Positions 38,373 through 50,214 of a stretch of DNA of 64,000 nt are shown piece by piece. Below the pieces are notes generated by a model. It did no database searches. It was not told the DNA's origin and worked only from the letters and a program-made list of their open reading frames with translations. Position numbers and translations under genes: made by a program. Numbering within the stretch: position 1 is the stretch's first letter; each line of letters opens with the position of its first letter. Location: the NCBI GenBank assembly GCA_013265495.1, contig MU058781.1, positions 2,024,158-2,088,157 of the forward strand, read 5' to 3'. This stretch comes from Vicugna vicugna (Eukaryota).

Positions 38373-40650
38373 GTCTTCAATAAATGGCGTTGGGAAAACT
38401 GAACAGCCATACACAAAGAATGAAAGTGGACCGCTACTTACACCATGCACAAAAATTAACTCAAAATGGATTAAAGACATGAATGTAAGACCTGAAACCA
38501 TAAAACTCCTAGAAGAAAACATAGGTGATAAGTTCCTTGACATCAGTCTTAGCGATGATTCTTTGTATTTGACATCAAAAGTGAAGGAAATAAAAGTAGA
38601 AATAAACAAATGGGATAATGTTTTGACTATATTTTCTTCTGAGAGGTTTATTGTATCTTGTCTTACGTTTAAGTCTTTGATCCATTTTGAATTTATTTTT
38701 GTGTATCATGTAAGGGAGTGTTCTAGCTTCACTGATTTACATGCTGCTGTCCAGTTTTCCCAACACCATTTGCTGAAGAGACTGTCTTTATTCCATTGTA
38801 TATTCTTGCCTCCTTTGTCGAAGATTTGTTGACCAAAAGTTTGTGGGTTCATTTCTGGGCTCTCCATTCTGTTCCGTTTGTCTATATGTCTGTTTTTGTA
38901 CCAATACCATGCTGTCTTGATTACTGTAGCTCTATAGCATTGTCTGAAGTCTCGGAGAGTTATTCCTCCAGTCTCTTTCTTTTTCTTCAGTAATGCTTTA
39001 TACAATGGAATACTATTCAGCCATAAAAACTGACAACATAACGCCATTTGTAGCAACATGGATGTGCCTGGAGAATGTCATTCTAAGCGAAGCAAGCCAG
39101 AAAGAGAAAGAAAAATACCATATGAGATCGCTCATATGTGGAATCTAAAAAAAAAAAAACCAGAAACAAAACAGAAGCAGATTCATAAACATAGAATACA
39201 AACTTGTGGTTGCCAAGGAGACAGGGGGTGGGAAGGAACAGAATGGAGTTTCAAAATTTGTAGATACTGACAGGCATATGTAGAATAGAGAAACAAGTTT
39301 ATACTGTATAGCACAGGAAAACATATACAAGATCTTGTGGTAGCTCACAGCGAAAAAAAAAATGTGACAATGCATATATGTATGTTCATGTATAACTGAA
39401 AAATTGTGCTCTACACTGGAATTTGACACAACATTGTAAAATGACTGTAACTCAATTAAAAAAGTTAAAAAAAAAGTGGGATGACATCAAACTAAAAAGC
39501 TTCTGCATAGAAAAGAAAACCTATCAACAAAATGAAAAGGCAACCTGCCAAATGAGAGAAAATATTTGCAAATCATATATCTGATAAGAGGCTAACAGCC
39601 AAAACATATAAACAATTCATACCACTCAAGAGCAAAAAACAAAACAAAACAAAACAAAATCCAACTGAAAAATGGGCAGAGAATCTGATTATACATTTTT
39701 CCATAGAAGACATACAGATGGCCAACAGGTAAATGAAAAGTTGATTAACACCACTTATCATCAGGGAAATGCAAATAAAAACCACAATGAGATATCACCT
39801 CCCATCTGACAGTATGGGTGTTATCAAAAAGACAAAAAATAACAGGGGTTGGTGAGGATGTAAAGGAAAGGGAATTCTTGTGCACAGCTGGTGGGAATGT
39901 AAACTGTTGCAGCCATTAAGGAAAACAGTATGGAGGTTCCTCAAAAAATTAAAAATAGGACTACAATATGATCCATCAATTCCACTTCTGGGTATTTATC
40001 TAAAGAAAATGAAAACACTGATTTGAAAATATATATGCACCTTCATGTTCATTGTAGCATTGTTTATAATAGCCAAGACATGGAAATAACCTAAGTGTCC
40101 ACCAACAAATGAATAGAAAAAGAAGATACGAAATATATATACAAGGGAATATTACTTGGCTATAAAAAGAATGAAATATTACCATTTGCAACAATGTGGA
40201 TGGACCTTAAGGATATTATGCTTAGTGAAATAAGTCAGACAGAGAAAGACAAATCTATATGATCTCATTTATATGTGGAATGTAAACACACAATAAACCA
40301 AGCTCATAGTTATAGAGAACAGATTGGTGGTTGCCAGATTGCAGGGGGTGGCAGGGTGGGTGAAATGGGTGAAGAGGGTCAAAAGGTGCAAATTTCCAGT
40401 TATAAAATAAATAAGACATGGGGATGTACAGTATGGTGACTATAGTTAATAATACTGTATTGCATATTTCAAAGTTGCTAAGTCTTAAAAGTTCTCATCA
40501 CAAGAGAAAAAAATTGTAACTGTAGAGTGATGGATGTTAGAGTTATTATAATGATCATTTTGCAATACATACAAATATTGAATCACCACATTGTACACCA
40601 AACTAATGTTATACATCAGCTGCACCTCAATTTTTACAAATTACAAAAAA
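38373..40650 (+). mobile_element. 5'-truncated L1 (L1MA9-like) ORF2 C-terminus and 3' UTR, interrupted by a younger L1 at 38617-39473
   Basis: ORF2 peptide 'NVRPETIKLLEENIG...INKWD' resumes as 'gacatcaaactaaaaagcttctgc' at 39483; 3' UTR 'gggtgaaatgggtgaag...ttccagttataaaataaataag'. Confidence 0.92.
38617..39473 (+). mobile_element. Younger camelid L1 with 5' inversion (antisense ORF2 38617-38998, sense 3' end 38999-39473)
   Basis: Minus-strand ORF2 peptide '[30 protein letters not shown]...[11 protein letters not shown]'; sense 'tacaatggaatactattcagcc...ctcaattaaaaaag'; TSD aa(a/g)tgggat. Confidence 0.92.
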
Positions 40651-41019
40651 GAGAAGTGAGTGAACTAAAAATAACATGTAAGTGAATAAAACTTTATGTA
40701 TCAAGTTTAAAGCAGCTTATTTCTAACGGGTCCCCAACCTTCAAGAGTCTTCACTGTCCAATTGATTTTAATTGCATCCAGCAAGTATTTATTGGACTCA
40801 GTCTGCATGATAATTTGCTGTCTATGTGATGCCACACCCATCTGTTTTGTTATTTACTACATCCCAACACAATAAATGTTTGACACTTTTTAGTTTGAAG
40901 ACACTTCGAGCAAGCTTACTATCTTTGTTCATATTCTTACCCCGTCTTGAACGCCCTCTATCTTAAAATCAAACAATGGCCTTTAACTTTATTCATTTAA
41001 TTTTATTCATTTCCACATT

Positions 41020-41920
41020 TGCTTCAGATATTCTAGGTCATCTGAATTTCTGAATCAGCTTTTTCTACAAGAAAAAAAAAAGCCTTCTGGGATTTTGATT
41101 GGGATTGCATTGATTTTACAGAAATATTTGGGAAAAACTGATGTGTTAACAAGGTTGAATCCTTTGATGCACCAACAAAGCATATCTCTCCATTTATTTC
41201 ATGCCTCTTCAATTTCTCTTAGCAAAGTTTCACAGCTTTCAGGGTATATCCTTTGTAAGATTTATCCCTAAGTCTGCCATGTATTTATGCTATTATTGGA
41301 AATAACATTGTAAATTTTCAACTTTTAATTGTTATTACTAGTTTATAGAAATACAATTAATTTTTGTATGTTGATCTCATATCCTGAAACCTGACCAAAC
41401 TTACTGATTCTAGTAACCTTCTTGTAAATTACACTTAATTTTCTATATAGACAATCATGCTGCCTGCAAAAGAAAAGTTTTTCTTCATTTTCAATCTTGA
41501 TACCCTTCATTTCTTCCTCTTGCCTAATTACACTGGCCAGAACCTCCAATATAATGTTGAATAGAAGTAGTGAGAGCAAGCAACCTTGTCTTTTTCTTCA
41601 TGTTGGAGAAAACATTGTCTTTTACCATTATATTTAACAATGTTTATATAGATTTTTCGTAGACAGTGTTTATCAGGTTGAGGGAGCTCCCTTCTATTCT
41701 TAGGTGACAAATAAATGTTGACAAAAAGGGATGCTGGATTTGTCAAAAATGCTTCTTCTTTGTCTACAGAGATGATCATATGTTTTTTTGTTCGTTTGTT
41801 TGTTATTATGGTCAATTACATCGATATATTTAAAATATTAAACTAAACTTGCATTCCTTATATAAACCTCAGAGATTAATTTCTTTCACAGATGTAGGAA
41901 TATTCAGGTCTACTTCTTCT
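41020..41920 (-). mobile_element. Old L1 ORF2 reverse-transcriptase region, decayed
   Basis: Peptides 'LSLLLFNIILEVLASVIRQEEEMKGIKI' and 'KKHMIISVDKEEAF' resemble L1 ORF2 RT motifs; frameshifted. Confidence 0.88.
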
Positions 41921-41934
41921 TTATAAAAAAAAGA

Positions 41935-42220
41935 GAGATAATTGACATATAACATTGATTAGTTTTAGGTTCGCAACATAATGATTTAATATACATATAT
42001 ATATATATTACAAAATAATTACCAGAGTTACAATTACTTTTCCTGTGATGAGAACTTTAAAGATTTGCTGTCCAGCAACCATCAAATGTGCACTACAGCG
42101 TTGTTAACTGTAGTCAGTGTGCTACACATTACATCTCCAGGACATACTTCTCTTATAACCGGAAGTTTGTACATTTTAGCTCCCTTGATCCCTGTCACTG
42201 TGCACTCTACCCCATGCCTG
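41935..42220 (-). mobile_element. L1MA-type 3' end fragment
   Basis: 'gataattgacatataacatt...gtgatgagaactttaagattt...ggaagtttgtac'. Confidence 0.75.
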
Positions 42221-42239
42221 ACAAATTATTAGTGTAACT

Positions 42240-43390
42240 CGTAGAAATGGGCACGATTCTTGGCCCTGGGTTAGCTCTGGTATTGTTTCCTCTCATCATT
42301 TTGGGTGGTTCTTTCTCTAGCTTCAGATAGTTTCTTCACACAAGTGCACTGCCGATTATTCAACGGATTCCTGATGGCCACCCTCCTGCAGATCCCTGGG
42401 GCCTTCTCTTCTCTTCAGCATTCCATCCTGTGAACTCTACCTGTCTTGCTCTTCTGAGACTCTCAGCGCCATCTCCTCAACTCAAAGAGATCAGTAGGCT
42501 CCTTTTGGGTCCCCTCTCCCAGTGACATAGAATGAAAATGAAAAGTATCAGCCAGCTTGAGCAATTATAGGACTTCACTTATTTGATTCTCATCAGGATC
42601 ACTATTTCCTGTATGTCCAGTATCTTGAAAATTGTTGATTCTTAAATTTGCTCTTCTATTTTTTTCCCAGACAGGAGGAGAAGTGCAGGCCCTGTTACTC
42701 TATCTTGACTAAAAACTGAATTTCTCCTTCTTTTTTTTTTAAAGCCATGGCTATATTGGATTTTTCTATTACTTTACCTGAACTTAATCTTAACACTCAC
42801 AGAAAATAATCAGCAACTCAATAAATAGAGAATTAATAAACTAGAAAAATTTGAAGAAATTATTCAGACTGCCACACAGAGAAAAAAAGGGAACAGAAAA
42901 TACAAAAAGTTATAAAAGACATGCAGATAAAGGAAGAAACTAAAAAATACTTCTCACATGCCAGTCCTTCATTCTGAATTTAGTTTCTTCCTACTGATGT
43001 ACATCCTTTTGTAGTTCTTTCAGTGAAGGAAAGGCCATGAGTTATGAACTCTGTCAGGCTCAATTTGTTTGAAATTGTCTTTATTTCACCCTTACTCTTG
43101 GATAATAATTTAGCTAGATGGAACCTTCCAGGTTGACAACTATTTTCTCCCAATACTTAAAGTCATTATTCTTTTGTTTTCTGGCCTATAGTAATGCTAA
43201 TGAGAATTTTGCTGTTAGTCTAATTGTTATTCCTTTGTAATTTACTTCTTATTCTGATTGCTTTAAATTTTTCCCTTTGTCTTTAGTATCCTGCTGCTGG
43301 CTACTGACCCTGTCAGAATTTCCTTCCTTTCTAAAACTGAATAATATTCCATTATATGTGTATACCACATTTTGTTGAAATTCTTAATTT
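42240..43390 (-). mobile_element. Mosaic of old L1 fragments (L1MD/L1M4-like 5' region, L1ME and L1MB pieces)
   Basis: 'ctcctgcagatc...gactctcagc...ctcctcaactca', 'ccctgttactctatcttg', 'ttgtctttatttcaccctt'. Confidence 0.6.
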
Positions 43391-43495
43391 CTGAACAGGG
43401 GTTTCTGTATTTTCCTTTGCACTTGCCTTTCAATTATGTAGCTATTTCTGCTTTTATCCTATCACACAAAACTTTTATCAAAAAGTTGTAAAAGA

Positions 43496-43614
43496 GGGGG
43501 AGGGTATAGCTCAAGTGGTAGAGTGCGTGCTTAATATGCACAAGGTCCTGGATTCAATTCCCAGTACCCAATTAAGTAATAAATAAATAAACCTAATTAC
43601 TCAAAAAATTTTTT
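43496..43614 (+). mobile_element. Camelid tRNA-Ala-derived SINE (Vic-1-type)
   Basis: 'gggggagggtatagctcaagtggtagagtgcgtgc...aggtcctggattcaattcccagtacc'; 15-bp TSD aaaag(t/c)tgtaaaaga at 43481-43495 and 43615-43629. Confidence 0.95.
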
Positions 43615-44775
43615 AAAAGCTGTAAAAGAATAAGAGGAGAAACTAATACTGTGTCCTTCACAAAACTATTCCAATAACCCAAGAGAGAATCACTCAGAGA
43701 GTTAAACTCTTCACAGATACACGGTGTACCCAGCCCTGGCCCCTGACCCTCAGGTTTCATCTCTCTGTAAGGAAAGCTTCCTTCTTCAAACCAACAGTGT
43801 GAATCTTCATCTTTCCTTGGAGAAACCTGTCCCCTACTCACAGGTAGCAGTTATGTCCCAGAATTCCCTTCCCGCCCATTTCCACACCTCAACCACTGCA
43901 ATTCCTAGGACAATCACTTCCAAGACATTTCTCAAGTTAAGCCAGACTCTCACTGGGAGGTAGGGGGCTTCCTGAAGACAGTCCAGGATAAATGCTGGCT
44001 CTCCAAGTGCAAGGCTCTTTGAGACTTCCCTGGTAATATGCCTTATTATTTCTGAGTCATCTCGGAAGTAACTCTTCTCTCAGGAGACACATTACATTTC
44101 AGGAACATCACAATCAAAATCCATATTAAGGATGAGAAACACTTTTCTAATTACAGCAGAGTGTGCTCAGACTGCTCCTCCGAGAGGTTGGTAATACGCA
44201 TTATGATGCGCTGAAGTGACAGGCTGGCCTTCTGCCCCCTTCCTAATTCCACAACTTGACCAGAGGCCCAATGCACATTAAAAATGAGCCCTAGCATATA
44301 TAACGTTTTCAACCAACAGAACTATTTGTTTCTTGATGTCCTTCCTCTGGCCACACAAAAACGTATGAAGCTTTGACGGAAGGGTTTTTCTGAACCTTAG
44401 GCAGATCACATTTCTAAGTAGAACATAATGACACTGCTTTTTGTACTAAAAAGCGAAACAGAATTAAAGTATTTTCCTAATTTAAGGCAATTCCCAGGGG
44501 TTAAAGGGTAGGATACCGCAGGTTGTATGTGTGGAGGGGAAGCTGCTCGTAACACGTGTTTAGAATGAATGAGAGTATGTGAAATTGAGCTGGATGACAA
44601 AATAACCTCTAGAGAAAACTCTCGGGTAGCTGGAGGTCTAAGGATAAGTGAAAGAGGTCGACCGCTCTATAATAAGAGTGCAGTTGGCTTCATGATTTCA
44701 GCTAGTGCTTTTGATCTGGGTCTTAGAAGATCCTGCAAGTATTTTAAAAGCAGTTTGGTTCAGACTGTTTGGATT

Positions 44776-45060
44776 TGGGCTGACCAGCCCGGTGGCAACC
44801 AGTCACAGGTGGTTTTGGGGCCCTTGAAATGTGCTGTGAGGGTAACATTCACACTTGATTTTGAAGACTTAGGATGAAGAAGACTGTTACATACATCACC
44901 AATATTGATAATGATGGCATTCTGTACATACTGTGTTAAACACATGCTATTTAAATGAACTTTGTTTCTTTCCACCTTTTTAATGAGGCTACAGACCACT
45001 TAGAATCGCAAATGTGGCTTGTTCTCATGGCTCGTGTTACATCTCTATTAGACACAGCTG
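44776..45060. mobile_element. MER33 DNA transposon (opposite orientation to the 23126 copy)
   Basis: 'gtggcaaccagtcacaggtgg...cttgaaatgtg...gattttgaagacttag...atgtggct...ctattagacacag'. Confidence 0.75.
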
Positions 45061-45339
45061 GTCCAGAACCCCGATGGTTTTTGATACAAACCCATTTAGT
45101 TTTGGGCCTTTGGTGTTCTCAGATCTATTCTCATCCCACAGACTCATCACAGTTTGCACCTTCATAACTTTAGTCTCAGAAGTGAGTCCTTTGTTGGTGG
45201 GTGAGCCCAGCCTACCCCCAGCAGTCCCACCTCAACCCCTCTGCAAGTTGTCTCCTACACAGACTTTGGGGAAAGGGGAAATTATTTTATTTCTTTGAGA
45301 CCAATATCCGCCACCCCAGTCCAAGCTGACATTCCAAAC

Positions 45340-45362
45340 TGTGTGTGTGTGTGTGTGTGTGT
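45340..45362. repeat. (TG)11 microsatellite
   Basis: Read directly from sequence. Confidence 0.97.
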
Positions 45363-45760
45363 TTAAACTGAAATTTAGATTTGAGTAAGGAGTGAATTGT
45401 CAAATTTGGCAGAATGTTTCACCAGTGAGTCTGCCAACTATACTATAAATAAATGCATGTGATTTAAAGCCACTGATGTCTTCCTCAGTGTCTTGGCCAG
45501 AGTAGGAACTACTCATAAAGAGAAAGAGAAGACGTCAGCAAAAGCAGGATTTCACTAGACTTTATTCTAAATAAGGCAGTTATTCTAGAATTTATTCTAA
45601 ATTTGTAGTGCGAGGAAGTGCACAGAAAACGCCGTGCTCAGTGCACTCAGGAGAGGCTTATTCAATAGGTATAACATTGTTTTTGCTGCTGGAAACTAAG
45701 GGGCAGAGGGACAGAAGACAGAGGGGAGAGAAGAGGGCATAAGAATATATTCCACAGGAT

Positions 45761-45843
45761 ATGTATGTACATGCATGATGGGGACATTGTGCTGTACCCC
45801 AGAAACTGACACACTGTAACTGATGGTACTTCAATTAAAAAAA
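45761..45843 (+). mobile_element. Very short L1 3'-end insertion (~83 bp)
   Basis: 'gctgtaccccagaaactgacacactgtaactga..tacttcaattaaaaaaa'; diverged TSD tatattccacaggat / tatattctgtaggat. Confidence 0.85.
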
Positions 45844-46807
45844 TTTATATTCTGTAGGATTTCATTACTTAAGAATGTTAAGGATATACCACATGCATTA
45901 ACTTCTTTATTTTCTAAACAAAAAGTTTTTCGATTTTGGCACTTGGTTAATAAATGAATTGTAAGCGTAATCTTACAGTATTTTAAAATTTGGTGTGGTA
46001 TGGAGAAAAAAATGTAGAAAAGGATATATAGCTGATTCATTTAGATGGTAAATTTTATTTAATGAAGTTTGTGTTGAAATTATAATCTGAGCTCATTACT
46101 AATATATCTTGTCATACATAAAAATTTTGGATTCATATCTTTCTATAATCCTATTGTTTAAAAATAAAAATCTTATTTAGGACTTCTTTAAGTTTGATGT
46201 TTCTAGGAGGTTACTATTCTGTTAAATCTTTTTCCAAGCTGATTTAGAAACTTTTGATGCATCTTGAATTTTTCTGCATTTGTTCCTTGTGTGATATGGA
46301 ATACCCTAGTACCCCTTTAAAAATGCAAGTGATGGGTAACAGAACTACCATTTTCCCTGAAATTACTGTATTGTAGTTACCTTCTGCCTGGGAGCAGTGA
46401 TGGATTTTTCTGGATGTTACCCAAGTGTCTTTACCAGTGTTTAATGTTATAATAGAAGTTTTTTTTTTCCACCATAATTTCAGCTCTTGAATGTACTCCA
46501 GAATCTGCGTGGTGCACTGTTTGACACTGTAATGAAGAATGTTGGTTGCGTGCCTCCCAACCCCTCCTAAGGGTTAATATTAGGAATTATAATAAGTAAA
46601 TGAAATATGGAGTCCATTTCCTGACCTCATTCTTGTCCCACTTGAGAGAGCCTGATTTAACTATGGAGAAAAAAATAATGTATATTTATCCTAATGCTGG
46701 TATTTCTCTGTTAGGTAAATTAACAGCTTTATTTAGAGTAAAAGCCCAGATGAAATCCTGCTTATTTCAATCTACCTAATGCATCATTAACACTGAGTCA
46801 GTAACAC

Positions 46808-47398
46808 AGTCGTGGTAGCCATTGTCATTGCAGTCAACATCAGCTTTAATATCCTATTTCTATATAGCTGCACCATAGCTGGGCTTGTAGTAGCTGTATA
46901 TGCCAAGGGCTGCTTACTGCTCATACCTTTAATTTTCTGTCTGAGGGCTTTCTTTCTGGCCTCTGGAGTATGAACGCTCTGCCTACACAAAGGCCAAGCC
47001 AGAAGTGCCAGAGAATTAAAATCCTCGGAAATAGCCCACAAACAGTGTCAAATGGGGAGTTAAGGGGTAAATCTTACAACTTTCTTGCCCCTTAGTTAGT
47101 TTATCTTTGATGCATATTCTGCTCCAGTATTCTATGAACTTTATCACCTGGGGATACTGTTTAAACATTCTGAGCCCGTAGATTTGGGTGGAGCTCGAGC
47201 TAATGCTGATAATCCACTTGGAATAGGAAGCTTTACATTCTCCCAGGATCCCCAGAGGAATTAAGTTCATCTGCTTGATTATTCTCCTTTAGTTTTCTTT
47301 GCTTCCTGGTTTCTCATGTCTTCATTCTCCTACTAGTGTTTCCTGCATGTGGATCCTTATCTCAGGGTCTGCTTCTGGGGGAAACCAAATCAATAATA
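46808..47398 (+). mobile_element. ERVL-type solo LTR (LTR16/LTR40-like)
   Basis: Typical 3' end 'atccttatctcagggtctgcttctgggggaaaccaa'. Confidence 0.6.
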
Positions 47399-47507
47399 TA
47401 CATATGCATACAAGACATTACCATACCCTGATCTATCTACATTCCATCTATTTATATCCCTATCTATCGATCATCTATCTCTCCACTCACCCGCCCACCC
47501 ATTAATC

Positions 47508-47508
47508 A

Positions 47509-47563
<55 letters not shown>
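47508..47563. repeat. (ATCT)n tetranucleotide microsatellite (~13 units) with degenerate upstream extension
   Basis: Read directly from sequence. Confidence 0.95.
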
Positions 47564-48069
47564 ATCTTGAACACAGCAACACAGTGCAGCTTCTCAGAGA
47601 ATCCAGATAGTTGAAGAGCTAGAAGAGAAAGGATAAAGAAATCTGGGTAACAGCAGAAAGAGAAAGTTGATTACCAGCTAAACTGACTTTTTCCTCCTTC
47701 ATGTGTAGCTGTCAAGAGGATTTGATATTGTGGAATTCTGGCTAAAGAGGAGACTGCACTGTTGCTGCATAAATGCTGCATCTCTGGAAGTCCACAGAGG
47801 GAGAGCCATTCTACCAGGAAGGACAGGCAAGGACTATGCGCCTGATTCTACCATTCAGGACAGTGCTGGCCACTGGGGTCACGGAAAGAAGGTAGGTCAA
47901 ATGCTAGTCCCGGAAAGGACTGCGAGCAGCACAAGCAGAGGGACACTGGGTGTGGTGGCGGGGGAGGCAAGGCCACAGTTCCACGCTTTGCACATCGTCA
48001 CCCAGGATTCTTTAGTGACTTTGTGCAGCTGACAGAATGTGTGCCACTTATCTTGTGGGAGCATGATTG

Positions 48070-48240
48070 GGAGCTCAGCGCAAATCCCACCTCTGTCACT
48101 TCCTGGTGATCCCAACTGAGCACATTTTCAACCTCTTTAAGCATCGATTTTTCCATCTATATAGCGGAGACATAATGCCTATCTCATAGCATTGTGATGA
48201 AAATCAAAGATGTTATGAATAAAGTACTTGTGTTACTATA
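48070..48240 (+). mobile_element. MIR SINE
   Basis: 'caaatcccacctctgtcactt...aacctctttaagcatcgatttttccatctat...atgcctatctcatag'. Confidence 0.7.
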
Positions 48241-50214
48241 ACCAGAGGGTAAGAGAGTTGCCCTAATACTGAAAACATTCCCCAAAATGCTGGGGACATG
48301 GTGGGTGGTGATTTTACCAGGTTTAGGCGTTGTGTACACACACACACACATGTGCGCACAGAGACCTGTATGTTTAATGTCCTATTTGTAAAAAGCCACT
48401 GGAGTGATAATGCTCTGACGATGTAAGTCAATCCCAGCTCTGACAGCCGAAAAATCCTACTGCTGATCTTAGCTGTGCGTGAAATCACTCTGTGGAATCT
48501 CTCTTTGAGCAAAGCAAACACCTGTTCTTGGTGGAATGCAAAAGGGAAACCTGGTTTAAAACTCCTGCTTCCCCTTCTTTTAAAAGTCTGTGATCCCTGC
48601 TAGGATAGTTCCTGTCAAGGCCACCTTTGGTTTTGTAACCAGGCCATCCACGTTCTCTCCAGGCATAGGCTTAGTCTTGACAGTGTCCTCCCAGACCTGA
48701 GAGTCCGGGGGCTGAAAGAGAGGCAGAGTCACTTTGTTTTTGCCACCAAGACCCACTGAACACACCCGACGGTCTCACCATTTGCTGTGGCTTCTCTCCA
48801 GGGTCCTGACAGGTTGATTTTCTGGAAGCAACATTTTGGAAGGCCAAGGACAGGTCAGTGCTTAGGACTGTGCAGAAGAGAATCAGTCACTGTAACAACC
48901 ACTTGATTCCAGGGGTTCTTTTATCTCAGTCTTTTGAAAGCAACTCCCCCTCCTTAACCAAGTTCTGCCCTTGTCTCTTCATGGGCCAAGGAAGGTGGAT
49001 GCTGATGGAAATCACAGATGTGGCCAAACCTCCCCGGTGGCAGTCCAGTCAGAGGTCATCTGGCCCCTTTCCAGTAACAGGTGGCCCTTGCTCTTCAGAG
49101 TGGCCTCTACTTTTTCAAGAGGGTTTGGATCAAGAGACATTCAGGGTAAAACACTGTCATGTTGCTTTTTATTTTCTGTAAAGTGTATTTTCTATAAGTT
49201 GTTTGGCAGCTGGCCTTTTGAAAGGAGGAACAGGTGTCATAGGACTCAGAAACAAAGTCTCTGCTTTTTCAATAGTGAGTTGTCCTTGTTTCAAATTACA
49301 TTTCAGGGGGCCACGTTTAGATGTACCACACACACATTTTGTCTCACACACACGTACACACATGTGTGGAAGTGCGTAGGTAGTCAGAGAGGGAAGCATA
49401 AAGAATTTATTACAATTATTACTAAAAGAAACAGAATTCTGTTCACACCACACCACTGTTATGAAGGATAGTCATCTGTTAGTTAGTGACTAGGCTGGGC
49501 TTGAAAGTGGCTCTCATTTGCGTTGAAACATGACATGCTTGTGCTCCAGCCTCCTCCCAGCTAGGAAAAATAGAAGACACACAATTCACACGTACTTGTG
49601 AAACTCAGACACGTTTGAAAAGAATCGATTGGCAGCAAATCTGACCTGAAAGATGCCCATTGAAACCACTGCTCACAGAAATCTAAATGGTCCCAACAGA
49701 CGAAGGGACTCAAGCATTCCCTGCTCTAAGTTCCAGACTGCAGACCTGCCATTCCTACACCGTGCCAAAACATGGGTTCCAACACAGAGGCCCTGGGATG
49801 TCCCAGCAATGACATCAGAAGCACAAACGTTACATCTGACTGCCGTGTGAGCCAGCACAGCTGACGCATACGGAAGATTTTAGTACTGCCCCTTACTCTC
49901 CCATATGTAAACGGATGCAACATGGTGACCCCCTAGGGGTGCACACATGCATTTTCCACACATGCACGTTTTTAACTCAAAAGTCGTACTTGCAGCTCCC
50001 CTAGGAAAGAATCAGAGGCCAAGGGTGGGTGGCCCAGAGTCTTGTTTGGACTGGAGAGCACAGGCAGCAGCTGCAGCCTGTCCCGGAGCCTGGCTGCTGA
50101 CAGGAGAAAGGACTGACAATTTCACCAGATCTTACAGGTCAGTAACAGCAGAACACCCTGCCCCTAATTGGTGACCACCAGGGTAGCTACAGTTGGTTTG
50201 ATTGAAATCAGTTT

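Noticed and set aside
38479..38832. 117-aa ORF as a novel chimeric protein
   Set aside because: Host L1 ORF2 frame running by chance into the antisense insert; no promoter or other support.
41343..41815. Intact reverse transcriptase gene
   Set aside because: L1 ORF2 remnant with frameshifts and a disrupted FADD motif.
45860..46780. AT-rich block as a possible numt, endogenous viral element or transposase remnant
   Set aside because: No recognisable mitochondrial, viral or transposase peptide in the ORF track; would need tBLASTx to revisit.
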